From the human T2T-CHM13v2.0 reference genome, Homo sapiens, in assembly GCF_009914755.1 (NCBI RefSeq), contig NC_060944.1: a stretch of DNA of 64,000 bases. One strand, written 5' to 3'. Below the pieces are notes generated by a model. The model worked only from the letters and a program-made list of their open reading frames with translations, was not told the DNA's origin and searched no databases. How positions within the stretch are numbered: the stretch's first letter is position 1; every line of letters starts with the position of its first letter. The position numbers and the translations under genes were made by a program. Below, piece after piece: positions 14,118 through 29,190 of this stretch.

Positions 14118-15609
14118 TACCCTGCCTTTTTTATTTTACCAAAAAGACAACTGCATCAGGATGTCCGGATCAATTAAACATCAGTGTACATCATAACAGA
14201 AGATGGGCTTTGCAAGGCTGCTTCTGAGAGCAATGATAAACAAAGCTTGCCTTTCCTTTCTCTTGGGTTAGGCCTGGAGAGGTGGGCAGCATGCAAGGAT
14301 TTTCAAATGCAGCTCATCCCGAGAGGCAGGCCTTTTATAAAGTGGGGCAAACCTGAGCCCAGCTGGGCTGCTGGGAGGTCGGTTTCCCTGAAACACTTCC
14401 TGACCTAATATGTAGGTCAGTTTGCCTGAAACACTCAGGCCATGAGGAAAGTGATGCTTATCTAGATTGGGAGAGAAAGTCTGCCTTTTGAACTACTTAC
14501 ATCCGCAAAGTGAAAATTTCCCACATTGACAATTTTATTTGTATTCACACTAAATTTACCTTTCAGCATTAAGTGAGTTTTAGCTTTAGCAGATGATGCA
14601 GCTATGCTAAATGTCATAAAAATACAGCACCTAGCACAGTATCTGGCACAGAGTGGGCACTTAATTTGTCAAATGAATAAAAATGGGGATATTAAGGAAT
14701 TTTCTTAAATGCTTGATGATTCAGGATAGAATACTATCTCTTTCAGTCATGCACTCCACCAATACTTTTCCCACCCCACGTGCCCATCCTGGCAAAACTA
14801 GTCTCCTTAAGCTCCATGTGAAAAGGGCTCTCAGCTTTTATCTCAAGAGGATTAAGCCTCTAAGAATGTCCATTCAGACTCTCATTCTTTTGACACCAAT
14901 TCTCTTGGTCAAGCTGTGTTGAAAGTGGTTGCCTGACTGTGCCATTCCTCGTGGATATTCTTTGGCAAGCTGAAATATGCAGGGTAATACTAAGACATCC
15001 ATTTAGAGTCTTTCCAGGAGGTCAGTATAGATTTGGAGGGTGCCACTTGGAGTTCTAGGCAGTGCTTCCCAAAACATGATTGCTTGAGTTTTACATCAAT
15101 TTGGAAAAGGGCTGGAAAGATATAGTGGCTAGGTTGTCACTGGTGACTGGATTTATCCTGGGAGGAAAGACTGTAGTGATGACTTTGGGCTCCCAAAGCA
15201 CAGTGGCATAACACCACTAGTACTGAGGTTTTACCGAGAATGTGCTTCACCTGTCCTATCCCAGAAGCATTTTCCTGACAAGACTCAGTCAAGACATATT
15301 ACCTGTTGTGCCTGGAACGGGAAACCCCCAGCTTGTGCAAAACCAGGGGAACCACTGTGTGTTGCTGGATTGTCCATTGAAAGTCCACGTGGCCCTGTCT
15401 CTGTGCCAGGGGTCAGCCTGCTGGGGCTTCACCCATGGAGCCTGCTGCCTGCTACTTGCGGTAGCAAAACAGTCCTCATTATATTGCAGGGCAGTGCTGT
15501 TTATTTAACATGGTCGTTAAAGGATAAAAGGTACTTTTCTGAAGGGTCTTCTGGACTGGATGCTTCTATATTCAGAGAGATGAACTCATAAATGCCAAGA
15601 GAAATTCTC

Positions 15610-15765
15610 CCCAGCGGTTCATGGTAGAATCCCATGTAGAGTTTTAGAACATACCCATGCCCCAGCCACACCCTTGTGCAATTATTTCTGAACCTCTGGG
15701 AGTGGCACCCAGGCATAAGTACTTTATAACACATCCAGATAACTTCTTAGGTTTGAGAACTGTGG
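15610..15765. mobile_element. MER5-like hAT-Charlie fragment
   Basis: Degenerate match to the MER5A body, ending tttgagaactgtg. Confidence 0.5.
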
Positions 15766-15885
15766 AGCAGGGGTCTCAGTTCAAAAGAGCCCTTGTAGGT
15801 CCTGTTTTGAAGCACCCTCATTTTACACAGGAGACTCAGAGACAAAATCAGGCTTTAAATATTTTAATAAAATGAGGGGTTGGAG

Positions 15886-16290
15886 TGTATTATTTTCCTA
15901 GGGCTGTTGTAACAAAGTATCACAAACTTAAAACAACAGAAATGCATTCTCTCACAGTTCTGAGAGCTAGAAGTCTGAAATCCAGGCGTCAGCAGGGCCC
16001 TTGCCTCTGAAGGTGCTAGCCAGTGGCTCCTGGCTTGTGGGAGTATAAGCCCTGTCTCTGCCTCTGTCTTCACTTGGCCTTCTCTTCTGTGTCTCTGTGT
16101 CTGCTCTTCTTCTTAGAAGAACATCAGAAATTGGATTTAGGGGCCACTGTAAATGCAGAATGATTTCATCTAGGGAACCTTAACTAATATATCTGTAAAG
16201 AACCTATTTCCAAATAAGGTCACGTTCTGAGGTTCTGGGAGGACATGAGTTTGTCGGGTTGAGGGGAACAACATTATTCAACCAACTACA
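15886..16290 (-). mobile_element. MLT1B/C solo LTR (MaLR)
   Basis: TG...CA termini. ctatttccaaataaggtcac and tctcacagttctg...gaagtctgaaatc hallmarks. Confidence 0.85.
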
Positions 16291-17002
16291 GGGAATGAGG
16301 AAGGACTTCTTCATATTTTACATTTTTAGCATCCAGTTCATCTTCTACAGTAATTATTCCTGAACCTACTATAAATAATGGTAAAGATAAGATTGCCATT
16401 TCTAATTTCTCTCATTAAATAAATCATTGAGTACAAATGGCTAAAATATACTGTTTTTTAAAAAGCTATTTAAATCAATAAAATACAGCTTTCTGATGAA
16501 GATTACTCAAGTTTTGAAAAGTTAAAGGTTTCCTGAGGTTGAGAGTTGAAAATCCACCTCTCACGACTGAACAGTGTTAAATGGCAAGACGCAAAAGTGT
16601 TTCAGCTCGTTTTGGGAATGTTGGTTAAAGGTCAGTTTCAAGCCTGCAATTTGTTTTCAGGTTTAATTGTTGAGTTGCCCCATAGAAGTTAAGACTATGA
16701 TATAAATTTCTATTTTCTGAAGCAGCCCCAGACAACTCATCTGAATTAGGCGGGTCTCTTCTCGTGCATCAGCCGTCTTCCTGAGAGTGCAGAGAGCAAC
16801 CTTGACAATGGAATTTGCAGGCCCAGGTCTACAGGTGGAGTGGAGTTTATTGCAGAAAGTCTGGATGTGAAAAGTGATTCTGGTTACGGACCCAAACTTG
16901 TGTATCTTCCTGCCTTTTTAAAAAAAAATTCCTAAATATATTTGATGACTTTTCTGTATTTTCAGAATTGCAAAAGCAGCCATATCCTATTTTCTCTCTC
17001 TC

Positions 17003-17685
<683 letters not shown>

Positions 17686-20600
17686 TGAAGTAACTTAAGA
17701 AATATATCTCACAATTTTTATTTTATTTTGCAAAAATGACCAAGTTTGCAGTGTCAGCAACACACCTAGTACAATTTGAAAAAGCACTTAGGTGTAGAAA
17801 TATGTGAAAAGTAACAATGCTGAGAAATTCAGTGGACAGAGAATATTTTTCAGATTTCATTTTAACTTCATATAGAAATAGCAGTTATCCTTCCTTACTC
17901 AAACATACCCAGTTCTCTGTTGGTTCAAGGTCGGTTTTTTAGCTGTAGTGATAGTATTGTTTGCATCTCCCTTTGTTGTTTTTTTCTGAGCCCAACTCTT
18001 CTTTTTTTCATTAAGGATTTCTGCAAAAGCAATGGGCAGATTCCCTGCCTCCAAGACACCCCTTAGAGACTGGTGAACCACGTGTTTGTCTGGCTCTTGT
18101 AATGGGGTGTTAAAAGCACTTGTTCATCAGATATTTTCTTTTTATTTGTAGATTTAGAAGTATTTTAGCAGGTGTACATTTGCATATAAAAGAGAAAAAA
18201 GATAAGAAGTTGAGGCTTTTTCTTTCTCCTCTCCTTAACATCATCTCTCTCCCACCTCTTTATTCAGCATGTTTTCACTTTCTTTCTGTAGCTGTTTCTA
18301 TTTTCTATACACAAAACGCATATCAAAAAGAAAAAAAAACAGTCTCAGCAATCCTTCAGCACTTTGCAGAAAGATAGATGATTGGGTTCAGGCAGCTTAT
18401 GTAACAAAGTAAGGGAAAATACATTTATCTCATGTCATCAGTCAGGAGTGAATAGACAAGGATAGATTTTCACCTTCTGGAGCTGTAGACTGCATGAGAT
18501 GGCCCCCCTTGCCTTGCCTTACATTTTAAACTACAATATTTTCTACTTTTTAAACTAAATCTTGACGCAGATTTGAGTATATAATCAATGCTTGAACGAA
18601 AGATTCAGAACCGAAACCTTGAGCATGCGTGTGTGTTTGTTTCTGTGTGTATCAGAACATTCCAACCGAAAATGATTGTATTCTTTAGAAATGCTTGTTT
18701 TATCTAAACATTTTCACTACTCAGTATTTTCTGAGAGTTTAACTTTACTAATGGGGGGAAGTGTTTCCCTGGATTTCTAAGTCAGGCTAGAAAGTGAAAC
18801 CTTTAAAGCAACCACCCAATCCTCAAATTTTCAGACTTACAGTTTACTTGCAGCTGAGAAAACTAAATTCTTTTCACCTTGGAAATATATCGACTTTGTC
18901 CCTACCTTGTTTGTAACAGACTAACTTGAACTTCTAGAGTCATTACTTTTGCTCCTTTATTTGTTCATTCATTTAATAACTATGAATTTGCAGAGCAGCA
19001 ACAAAGTGGAGCTTTTAACTGATTGGTTCATCACTGTCTTTCTTCCTTCTAAAAAAATCCTGGGCCTGAATTGCCACACACCTCATGTCCATAACTTTAC
19101 ACTCTTGCTTCATGAAACTAGCATCCTGGCCAAGTCTTCTGGGCTGTTTCAGGAGGATGTCTGATTTGTTTGAGAACTCCTAGAAAAAGTACACTCTTGC
19201 CTCCAGTCTGAAACCTGGTCTGTTTGATACAGACAGCCCCTTAAAAATCTTCATACAGCTGATGCATCCTCCCTGGGTAACATGTTCCAACAACCCTTTC
19301 AACAAGAAAGCTTTTCCTAACATCTAGCTTGTATTCTTTGGCTGCAGTTTTTCCCTAAGTGTTCTTGTACCACTTTCAGTGAACACAAAAAGTTGCTCAC
19401 TACCATCTAGTTTGGAGGCTACAAATATGTTCTGTTTTGTCTGTGCAGTGTTTTATTTTTAAAAAGAAGAAAGAAAAGGCAGAAGTCTGGCAAGACCAGG
19501 ACCACTTTCCCACCAGGCAGCAATTGGCTGAAGCCAAGGAGCAGCTGTGCTCTATAGACAAGTCATGTGCCTCCTTGCCTGCTACAGGGCAGGCCCTTCC
19601 TGCTGCTCCTGCCTGGCCATAGTCACTTATTGGAGGTACTTGCTTGGTTGGCCCTAGAGGCATCTGGATCCACAATGCCCACCCTGTCCAGTCTGTTTGC
19701 AATATCTGAACTTTCCTTCCCTTCTCCAACCTTGTTCTATGCAGACTATGTATTCTTTAATCACTTCTAATTTGTTTTAGCCAACCCTTATTAATTTTGT
19801 TTTTCCTGTGTAGATCATCTCTCAGTCTTTCATAAATAGTTTGTGCAACAATTCTGACTAAATAGGGGGGTGATGCATAGGGAGAGCGACTCCATCTCCC
19901 ATGCATCTGATCCACAGTTGGGCGGCAGCAGTGCTAGGCGCTCTGCCCTCTCCCGCAACTTTGACGTCTGTGGTCCTGCCTCAGTGAGTGTCATTCCTCT
20001 GGGTGAATGCACTTCATCTTTGTACCTTTTAAACTTCACTTTGCCTTTAGACCATTGGAGGGAATCACACTGGGATTGGGGGTGAGTGATGTGCCCAGCA
20101 GTCCTCAGCCTGATCTCGCCAGCCCTTTAGGACTCAGGTCAGGGCAGCTGCATCCCAAATAAAAACTGCCCAGGTGGGCCTCGGTGACTCTCCTTGGAGA
20201 AGGGCCACAGAGGCTTAAGGATGAAACACCAGTGAGGTGATTGGGAAGTGGTGGGCTCTGGTTGCGTGGGGCAGGAGAGTGAGCCATCTCAGGATGGGTG
20301 GTTAGCCAAAAGCTCCTGAGCCCACACTCTTCAGGAAGGAAGGGAGGGGGACCAGAATGGAAAGTGTGGAGCATAGAAAGGGCTCATCTTTTCCAGAGTA
20401 TCAAAATGGTCCCTTGTTGCTAGAAGTGATCTCACTTCACATTGGGAATTTCCTCCCTTGCTAACTTCAAACCAGTAATACTATCAGCCCTTCTCCTGTT
20501 TGGGCAGAATGCTTAATCCCCCCCAAATCTGAAATTACCTCAGGACTACTAGCTTGATATTTCTCACAGAAATCCCCTTCTGATTGCCAGTGACACGTTT

Positions 20601-22350
20601 TCCTGGTTTCTGAGAAGCAGGAGAGCCGTCTCACTGGAGTCAAGTGATTTACCTTCAGACAATGGAGAAATGAATTTGCAGCATGCCGCTCCAGCTTCCA
20701 GTGGCCAGGAGGCTTTGTTTATCAAGAAGCTGCTCCTTTTTTTTCAAATTTCCATCTTTGCTATCTTTTCCTTGACGAAATAAGTTTAATTGAATGTAGA
20801 AATAACGTGGTCATTAAGATCTGGACTTGTATCTTGAGAGCTGAAAAACTTTTTGGTTGATTTTTATAAAATAAAAACAAAACAGGGCATTTTTACCTCT
20901 TTTACACTGACTCCTTACCTTTAGAATTCAGACACTCTGTCTTTGATTTTATTAATATTATCCCTCTTTCACAGTTACCTTACAGTATATTTGAAGTAAC
21001 ATGGATGTTAGGATTAGCCGGAGGTCATCACAACACCATCCCATTGGAGCCATCCTAGGACAATGCGACCAGCCTCATCAGGAAACACTTTCGTCCCAGC
21101 GACCCCCACACATACACACATTACACAAAACAGTACTTTCCCCTCTGTATGCACTGTGTCTGATGTTTTCTTTATCAGATTTTTCAAAATACTAGTTTCA
21201 GCGACCTAAACTGATTTCACAATCCAGCAATGTTAAAAAAGTGTTGCCTTAGAATTTATTATATTCAGAGCAAAGAATCCCTGATCTGTATATATTTTAA
21301 TTATATACTATTTAATATTCCAAAGTATAATGTTCATTTTAAATACTCATTTTTATCTTGACTGATTTTCAGTAGGGCAAGGTAAGTTGTATTTTTATTC
21401 TTCAGTGTGATGGTAGTTTTAATCCAGTAATAGGGTCTCATGGTTAAGTTCTTAAATGAAGCCAGCAAAAGCAGGAATCCAACCTGTTGCCAGCCCCTAG
21501 CATTGACAGTGGGACTCCTTTTGTGTTACATTGAAGATGCAGACATGGATGCTGTTTTGTTATGTCTGTGCTGAAACTCTGATTCTTCATCCTGCATTTC
21601 ATCTGGGTGCCCTTGAAACTTAGAGTAATGGGGAAGGTTGTGTCACTCAGGTTCTTTACGTATTTTTGTTTACTGTTTTTCCCAACAGTCTTCCCCAATT
21701 TCACTTATAGCAGATGCCATTAGAAGCTCTGCATGGCCAAGAGCATCCTATGAACATGAGCAGGTGCAGGCTGCCACTGATCCCTGTGGACACCTGGCTT
21801 TGCTCTCTACAAACCCGTTCTCGCTCCTTCCCCATGGCAAGACTTGGTTAGATTTCCTCAGCTTTGGGACTCTGAGCTCATCCAGCTGTCACCACCCTTC
21901 CTGACCCTCTCCCCATTCCCCCAGCCCTGTCCCAGAGCCCCTGCACTTGAGTGTGAGAGCCCAAGAGCCAGAGCAAAGAGAGTTTCTAAGTGACCTGACC
22001 ACCTAGGAAGACTTGCTTTCTCTTCTGGTTCATTCCCGTAGCTGTCTCTACAAGGCCCCGAGGGAAGTGAAACTGTTTTGCTGTGATGGGGAACCTATCC
22101 ACAGACCCACTCAAAATAATGACTGTGATTTGGCTGCCTCAAATAAACTCATACAGCTTGTCTTTGAGTCTTGAAACCCGGGTTCAACTAAATTGTTTTT
22201 TGTTTGTTTTCAGAATGTCTAAAAAGTGACAGTTCAAAAAATAATAATTTGCATGCATTTAAGAAGTGTTAATCTCATAGGAAGAATTTAAAAAGCTTCT
22301 TTCTGGCCAGTAAAAAATGTAATATTTCTGTGTTTTTCTTTAATCAACAG

Positions 22351-22455
22351 AAACAGAAGCCTATCAGTTGCTGAAGAAGGCCACCCTTCAGGATAATACA
22401 AATCAAACTGAAAACAGGTTTCAAAAGACAGATGCTTCTGTGTCACACTTGTCAG
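22351..22455 (+). CDS. KIZ: KIZ coding exon (105 nt, phase 1 to 1), ETEAYQLLKKATLQDNTNQTENRFQKTDASVSHLS
   Basis: Pyrimidine tract plus caacag acceptor, consensus donor CAG|gtaagt, in frame. Confidence 0.92.
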
Positions 22456-22887
22456 GTAAGTAAGAGCAGATGGCAGTGTCCAGGGGCCCAGAGTGGCAGG
22501 CAGGGCTGTGTTCGGGGAAGGGTGGTTATTCTTTATGAAGGTTTCTGGAGTTTGCTCTGTAACGAGCTGTCACCAGGACAGAATGAGCTAGTACTTTTTT
22601 ATCCTTAGCAAATGGACATGTGGAAAAGCCCTTTTGTTGTGTCCTAGACATGTGCTGGCCAGCATGGCAATGGCCCTTCCAGGCCCTGGATTCTGCCAAG
22701 CATGTCATGATAGTGACTTGTCACCAGTGACCCTGAGAAGACACACCCAAATTCCTTCTCTTCCCCACAGCTACTAGTGTCTTAGTCATTCAGTGGGCAG
22801 TGTTGTACTGGGCTGCTTTCCCTCACCAGAATGTTGGGGGATTTTGAGTTCTTTTACTGAAAGGATTATAAATCCCAGGAATGCTAA

Positions 22888-23213
<326 letters not shown>

Positions 23214-23534
23214 TGAGGAAAGCTAAATTTTAAGCTTAATTATAGTTCCTTCAATTTAAGATTTTGTTTTAATTGTAATTTTTTTATACTTTGTTATTTG
23301 TATGTCTATTATTTTCAGTGGTTTTCCTTTCATTACACCAGTTTTTAGAGTATAAGTTACCTCAGTTTCCTTTGTGAGAGTAAATGGATTAATACAGAAG
23401 GAAATCCACATTAATGACTTTCTTAGCCACCATGCCATAATTTCATCTAGCAGAATGAACAGTGATTTCTAAATAGCATGTAATTCCCAGTCCATATTCA
23501 GATTTCCCAGTTGTCTCAAGGATGTCTTCTTCAA

Positions 23535-23823
23535 CCAGGCACAGTGGCTCATGCCTGTAATCCCAGCATTTTGGGAGGCCAAGGTGAGAGAGCTGCTTGA
23601 GGCCAGGAGTGCGAGACCAGCCTGGGCAATATAGCAAGACACTGTTTTTACAAAAAATTTAAAAATTAGCCACACGTGTTAGCATCTTCCTATACTACCA
23701 GCTGTTTAAGAGGCTAAGGTGGGAGGATCACTTGAGCCCAGAAGTTTGAGGCTGCAGCAAGCTATGATCACACCACTGCACTGGGCAACAGAGCAAGACC
23801 CTATCTAAAAAGGAAAACAAAAA
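23535..23823 (+). mobile_element. AluJ
   Basis: Diverged forward Alu flanked by atgtctt(c/t)ttca. Confidence 0.9.
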
Positions 23824-24353
23824 ATGTCTTTTTCAGACAGATATTTTCAAGGGACATACTTACAGTACATCAGACTTAGCTGTGTTTGGAGAGCTGATTC
23901 CTAGATAATATTAGTGGTTAAAGTCAGTTGCGGCAAAATTCAGTTATTTTGGTGGTATTGAGGATTTGGTGACCAATGCACATTAAGTGCCCAGCACAGT
24001 GCCTAATAGTGAAAAGCCCCCTGGGAGAGCCGGCCATTGTGGTGTTAGTGGTGATTTGAACTCAGCAAACATAAGACATTGTAGTTTATTGAGTTATAAA
24101 ACAGGGCCTCTGTCCTGATGGAGGTTGTCGTCACTTGCAAACTCTTAACTGTTTGCTTTCCATGACCACCTTCACATTTGAGTCATGGAATTTGAATCCA
24201 GAGGGATATTAGAAAGAATGTATTCAACACTCCCATTTTACAAATGAGGCCCCAGGAGAGTAACACCGTGCTCAGAGCCTTTCAGCTGGATAGCTGACAC
24301 ACACACTTTGGCAAGTGACTCCACACGTCTGTTTCTGGTAAGTGTTATTTTCA

Positions 24354-24708
<355 letters not shown>

Positions 24709-26073
24709 CTAGTCCCTTCGATGTGTATCAGAAATTATGGATTATGGTACTATTAATAACCTTGTACTTAATGCATTTTTATTAATTTATTCATAAGTGA
24801 AATGACACTCTAGGTTGTGTAGTCAAGCACCCCTAAATTCATTTCCCTTGCCCCATACTCAAAATTACACTACATGTTTTGCAAGATTCCAAATTTTCTG
24901 GCAGTAGAATCATGGAAGTGCTCCTGCCTATGTTTGCTGTCACTGTCATTGTAGTCAGATCCTTTGGCTGTGTTTTGTCTTTTACCCTTACTCTCATTCT
25001 GATCCTAAGGACTTATCTGAGCCCCAAAGAAAAGCAGAAAGTGGGCTGGGAGGGTGTAGGGCAGCTTCACAGTGTTGTTAGAAGTAGCAGGGATGGGAGG
25101 TGGTGGTGTACTCTGCACTCAAGAAGCCCACCCCACATCTAACTAATGAAGAAGCAGTGCATGTTTCACTTACTTCTGAGTCTTTGGACCTGAAGGAAAG
25201 CCACTTAAATAAACCTTGAGGCTTAGTTTTCATGTCTGAAAAGACCTCCTCCTGGTAAGCATGTGGACACCCTCTTTGGGCTGAATGTGGACACATTTTT
25301 AAAATAATCACTTTGCTGCAGAGTGTACATGCAAGCAGGCAGGTTACAGGTTAGAAACTCAGCAAATGCTTTTTGCAAAGATGCCCATGCATGCTGTATC
25401 TGTGATTTTGACTGCCAGTTAAGAAGCAGACCTGTAGCAGAAACATCCAAGGCTGAGAACTCCCAAGAGGCAAAGATCAGGGATTGCCCTGCAAACTGGG
25501 GGCATTGTGGGAATATCCAAGTCTCTGGCTCCAAAGAAAGAGGTGGAGTGTGCATCCTCCTCCTCAACCTTTAGAGGCTGGTAAAGAGTGGCCTTGATGA
25601 TTTTCAGTGGAGATTCTTTCTCCTCTGTGGGATGGAAAATAGAGGATTTTACAGAGGGGCTTAAGAGTGGATAAGGTGGGTGACTGTTATCCATGGGTCT
25701 CAATTATTTCTGAGCCCTGGTTTGCTGCCCGTGTGTTATAACAATGGGAATTATCCAGTGCTTTGTGACACAGTAGAGATCCATATGCCTACATGTGCAT
25801 CTTAGTCATTTAAAATTGAACTCTTTGGATGATTTCAGTTTTCACTTTTTGTGGCTTGTGTTTCGGTATCACAGGAAAGTGCCTCACTCCCTTTCGGTAT
25901 TCTACCAGCATTTCATTCTCTGCCTCAGAAGCTCCCTTGCCTTCTGTGGCTTGAACAGCATCTTCCTCTGTTGGCGTTTGTTTCACCAAACTTACTGTGA
26001 GGCCACTTTATTCATTTTGTCCCATGGCTGCATGACAGCTAACCCTCACTCTCCATGTTTACGCTTATCACAG

Positions 26074-26170
26074 GTTTGAATATTGGCAGCGGTGCATTCG
26101 AGACAAAGACAGCTAACAAAATTGCTTCGGAAGCTAGTTTTTCATCTAGTGAAGGAAGTCCTTTGTCAAG
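26074..26170 (+). CDS. KIZ: KIZ coding exon (97 nt, phase 1 to 2), GLNIGSGAFETKTANKIASEASFSSSEGSPLS
   Basis: cacag acceptor, AAG|gtaaag donor, in frame. Confidence 0.9.
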
Positions 26171-28149
26171 GTAAAGTTGTGAAAGCCTTTCTGAATAGCA
26201 GCAACAAGATGAGAAATGTCACAGCGCAATGAATTAAACTCTGGCTGCGTATTATTTTGTTGTATGACTTGGAGGGTTATGGTTTGGGTTTTTGTTTATC
26301 TAAAATAACAGTTGAAACTTTAGTCTACCTTTGAAAATATTTGCACCAGAGCCAAGTATTGTTTTGCAGCTGTTGTTTCCTTGGTTTAAGACTCAATTGA
26401 CACCTCAGTGAACCACAAATTAGCGTCTACAGCTGCTCGCAGTAGGACTGCTTAGAGACCACACAATGGAGGTTGTCAGAAAAAGGGCAGAGAGAAAACA
26501 TCAGGCCTTAAAAGAAATAAAGTGGCATGTTTCTTCTTTTTGTGACGGCTAATATATAAACTAGTAATTGCTGGATATTCATTTTTATTTTCCTCTTTTT
26601 TTTTAACCAAGTGTTTAGGCTAGGTTATTCTTTCCTTTTCTAATACTTTCTTGCTTATTTTCCATAAAGAACAAAATTTATCTTTTCACATTTGTCAAAC
26701 TGTAGCACTCGCTTCTTGTAGGTTTTTTGAGCTGTGATAAGAGAGTTGTGTGCTGAATTTGTCATTAACATAAAATACTAATCACAGTAGCTTCAGGTCA
26801 CTTAGAATTTATAGATGGGAATATAAGCCATCACCTGATGAAATACCCTACTCTTTTGCTTTGAGCTAAATATTGTTTAAAATGGCATAGCAACTTTCCT
26901 TTTGGAACAGCATTGCTCAGTAAAAAGGTGTCCTTCAGATGATTATATTACATTTGAATTAACTGCTTGTCTCTGATGAAATTTTAGAACAGGAACTTTA
27001 CATTTCTAGTATAACATATAATGTTCCATAAGAGAAAATGATTTGAACCAGAAATGCTGAATTTTTTAAATGAAAAAAATCCTATTTTTATTCATATTTT
27101 ATAAACAATACAATGTTTTTAGAACCTGGAGTATATTAAAATGAGATTGAATTTCTAAAATTATAAGTTTTAGAAACTTGACAAGTTAAGTTTTAGAGAA
27201 ATAACTCATTTAATTTTCAGAAGTTATTATTTTTAATGCCTGAGTTTTCGTCCATATTTTTGAAGGAAGTGGGAGGTAAATGGGACAGGAAGAGTGTTAA
27301 AGTATTATGTTATTATGATTGTATTATAAATTCAAGTTCTAGGTCTCCTAAAAGAAAGTTTAAAAGACAGTAAATTCTACAGATAATTTTCAGGGCCGAA
27401 TGTTACCATTTGGCTTAATAATATATAGAGGCACTAAAAAACTCACTTCTTCCTAAACAGTCTTTACGTAGGTTCTTTGGGAAATTTTTAAAGACATTGA
27501 GAAAGCAATTGGATTTTGTAAAACATTTCTCAGTCTAATAATTTCACATCTTGTCTATATTTTACTAAACTAAAATCAAGCATTTTCCTCCTTCAAATTG
27601 AGACAGAGGTATTTTGTTATTAGTATCGTTTCCGTATGAAATTAATTTCCTAATAAATTACAAGTAATCTCATCATCCCCTTTAAGAAAACAAAAAAAAA
27701 AAACACACAAAAAGGCCTTGAAGGAACTCTTGGTTCTAGGCACTTGATAATAATCCAGTGATGAAAAGGTCTGGGTCCAGAGTGCGTGGGTTTGGCGTGC
27801 TGTTTGTCACGGTTTGGTTCTTGTGCTGGGCTTGGTGTTGTTCATATGCCACCCTGGGCTTTGGAGAGCTCCAGTTTTGCTGTTTGTGCTGGATTCACTG
27901 AAATTTCTTAGAGGCTTACATTTAAGGATCCCACTTACTGCAGTCACTCCTTGTGCTTTATTGCTTTTACAAGTGGTCTCGAAACCCGGTACTTGAGAAT
28001 AAACATAACAGTGCAGTGCTGCTGTAGCACTTTTAAAATTCTTCTTTGCTCTATTTTGTCAGTGAGCTGATGAGCAACCTCAAAAAAAGAAAAAAAAAAA
28101 ACCCACTGGACCTAAAAAAAAAAAAAAAAAAAAATGGCTTCCTCTGATG

Positions 28150-28800
28150 TCCTAGAGACAATAATTATGATGTGCTAGTTAAGCCCAAACTACAGCTGAG
28201 GGATTTTACTTTAAAGCAGCGGCTTGGGCGCAAAAATGCATTTATAGCTCTTTGTCTGCACCTCATTATGTGTGGGCCTGATTCATTAAGTAATTGGTTT
28301 GCAGTTGTTTACATGAGTATTAAGGCCTTCTTTTCAGCCGCCTTTGAGAGATACATTGTGCAAATGTTGCCTGTGATGAATGCAGAATGAGGGCCAGAGG
28401 GTCCGTCCTATTGGCTAAACAGTGCACTCCTGTTGAAAAGCCAGAGAAAGGGATTGGGTGCTGCTTTGCATAGCAATGACTTTCTTAATAAGCGTTACAG
28501 ATTAATACACACAAGCTATAAAAGATGCAAAGAGATACTCTTAGCACATTTATACATGCTCATTTCATTGTGATGGTGGTGGGGTTCGGGTGCTTTCATA
28601 TTCCGTTTTTCAGAGCAGCAGCTTCAGTGCATGAGCCGTAATAGAATCCGATGTTTATTGTATTATAAATCACGGGCAAGTAGGCAGATTGGCAACAGTT
28701 TATTATTAAAGATTCTTTCAGTGTAAATCTTTTTCTACCATTGTATTTGCTTCAGCAAAATCATTTTGTGGTTGAGTGGGGATGAAAAGCATAATGTACG
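28150..28800. promoter_or_regulatory. Candidate conserved developmental enhancer in a KIZ intron
   Basis: Repeat-free with retained CpGs. Dense homeodomain (TAATTA, TAATTG), FOX (TGTTTAC), SOX (CATTGT x3), PBX-HOX (ATAAATCA 28665-28672) and RFX-like motifs. Confidence 0.6.
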
Positions 28801-29171
28801 AAGGAGTGAGTCCTAATAGGAAGCCGTTCTCCAAGTAAAGACCACTTGTTCCCTTTTGTTCAGGGGTGCATGCCAGAGCTTCCTCTCCTCTGCAAACATT
28901 GTCTCGCTTTACCTTCCCCAGCAAGCGGTTTTCACTCTCCCGGATCCATTTGTTCAATGGAGAGTATATTTTAAAAGCCTGCCCTTAGCTTACTGGTTCC
29001 TGCCTTGTAACTTCAGCTTACTGGTTGGACCAGATAATGTTTTACCAAAAGGAAAGGGTGTGTGCTTGCAACATAATTGCCTGGGGGAAAGGTAGCAGAA
29101 GTCACCCCGCCACTGTACCCTGGCAGGGCCACCGTGGGTGGCATTCTGTGCCAGCCTTGCAGCCACCAGAG

Positions 29172-29190
29172 CGGCCAGTGGAGGGCGCCA
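29172..29190 (+). promoter_or_regulatory. CTCF motif
   Basis: cggCCAGTGGAGGGCGCca matches the CCASYAGRKGGCRS core with one mismatch. Confidence 0.65.

Noticed and set aside
20600-20830. TCAAGTG NKX2-type motif suggesting autoregulation
   Set aside because: The 7-mer is common, including in Alus, and one instance is uninformative.
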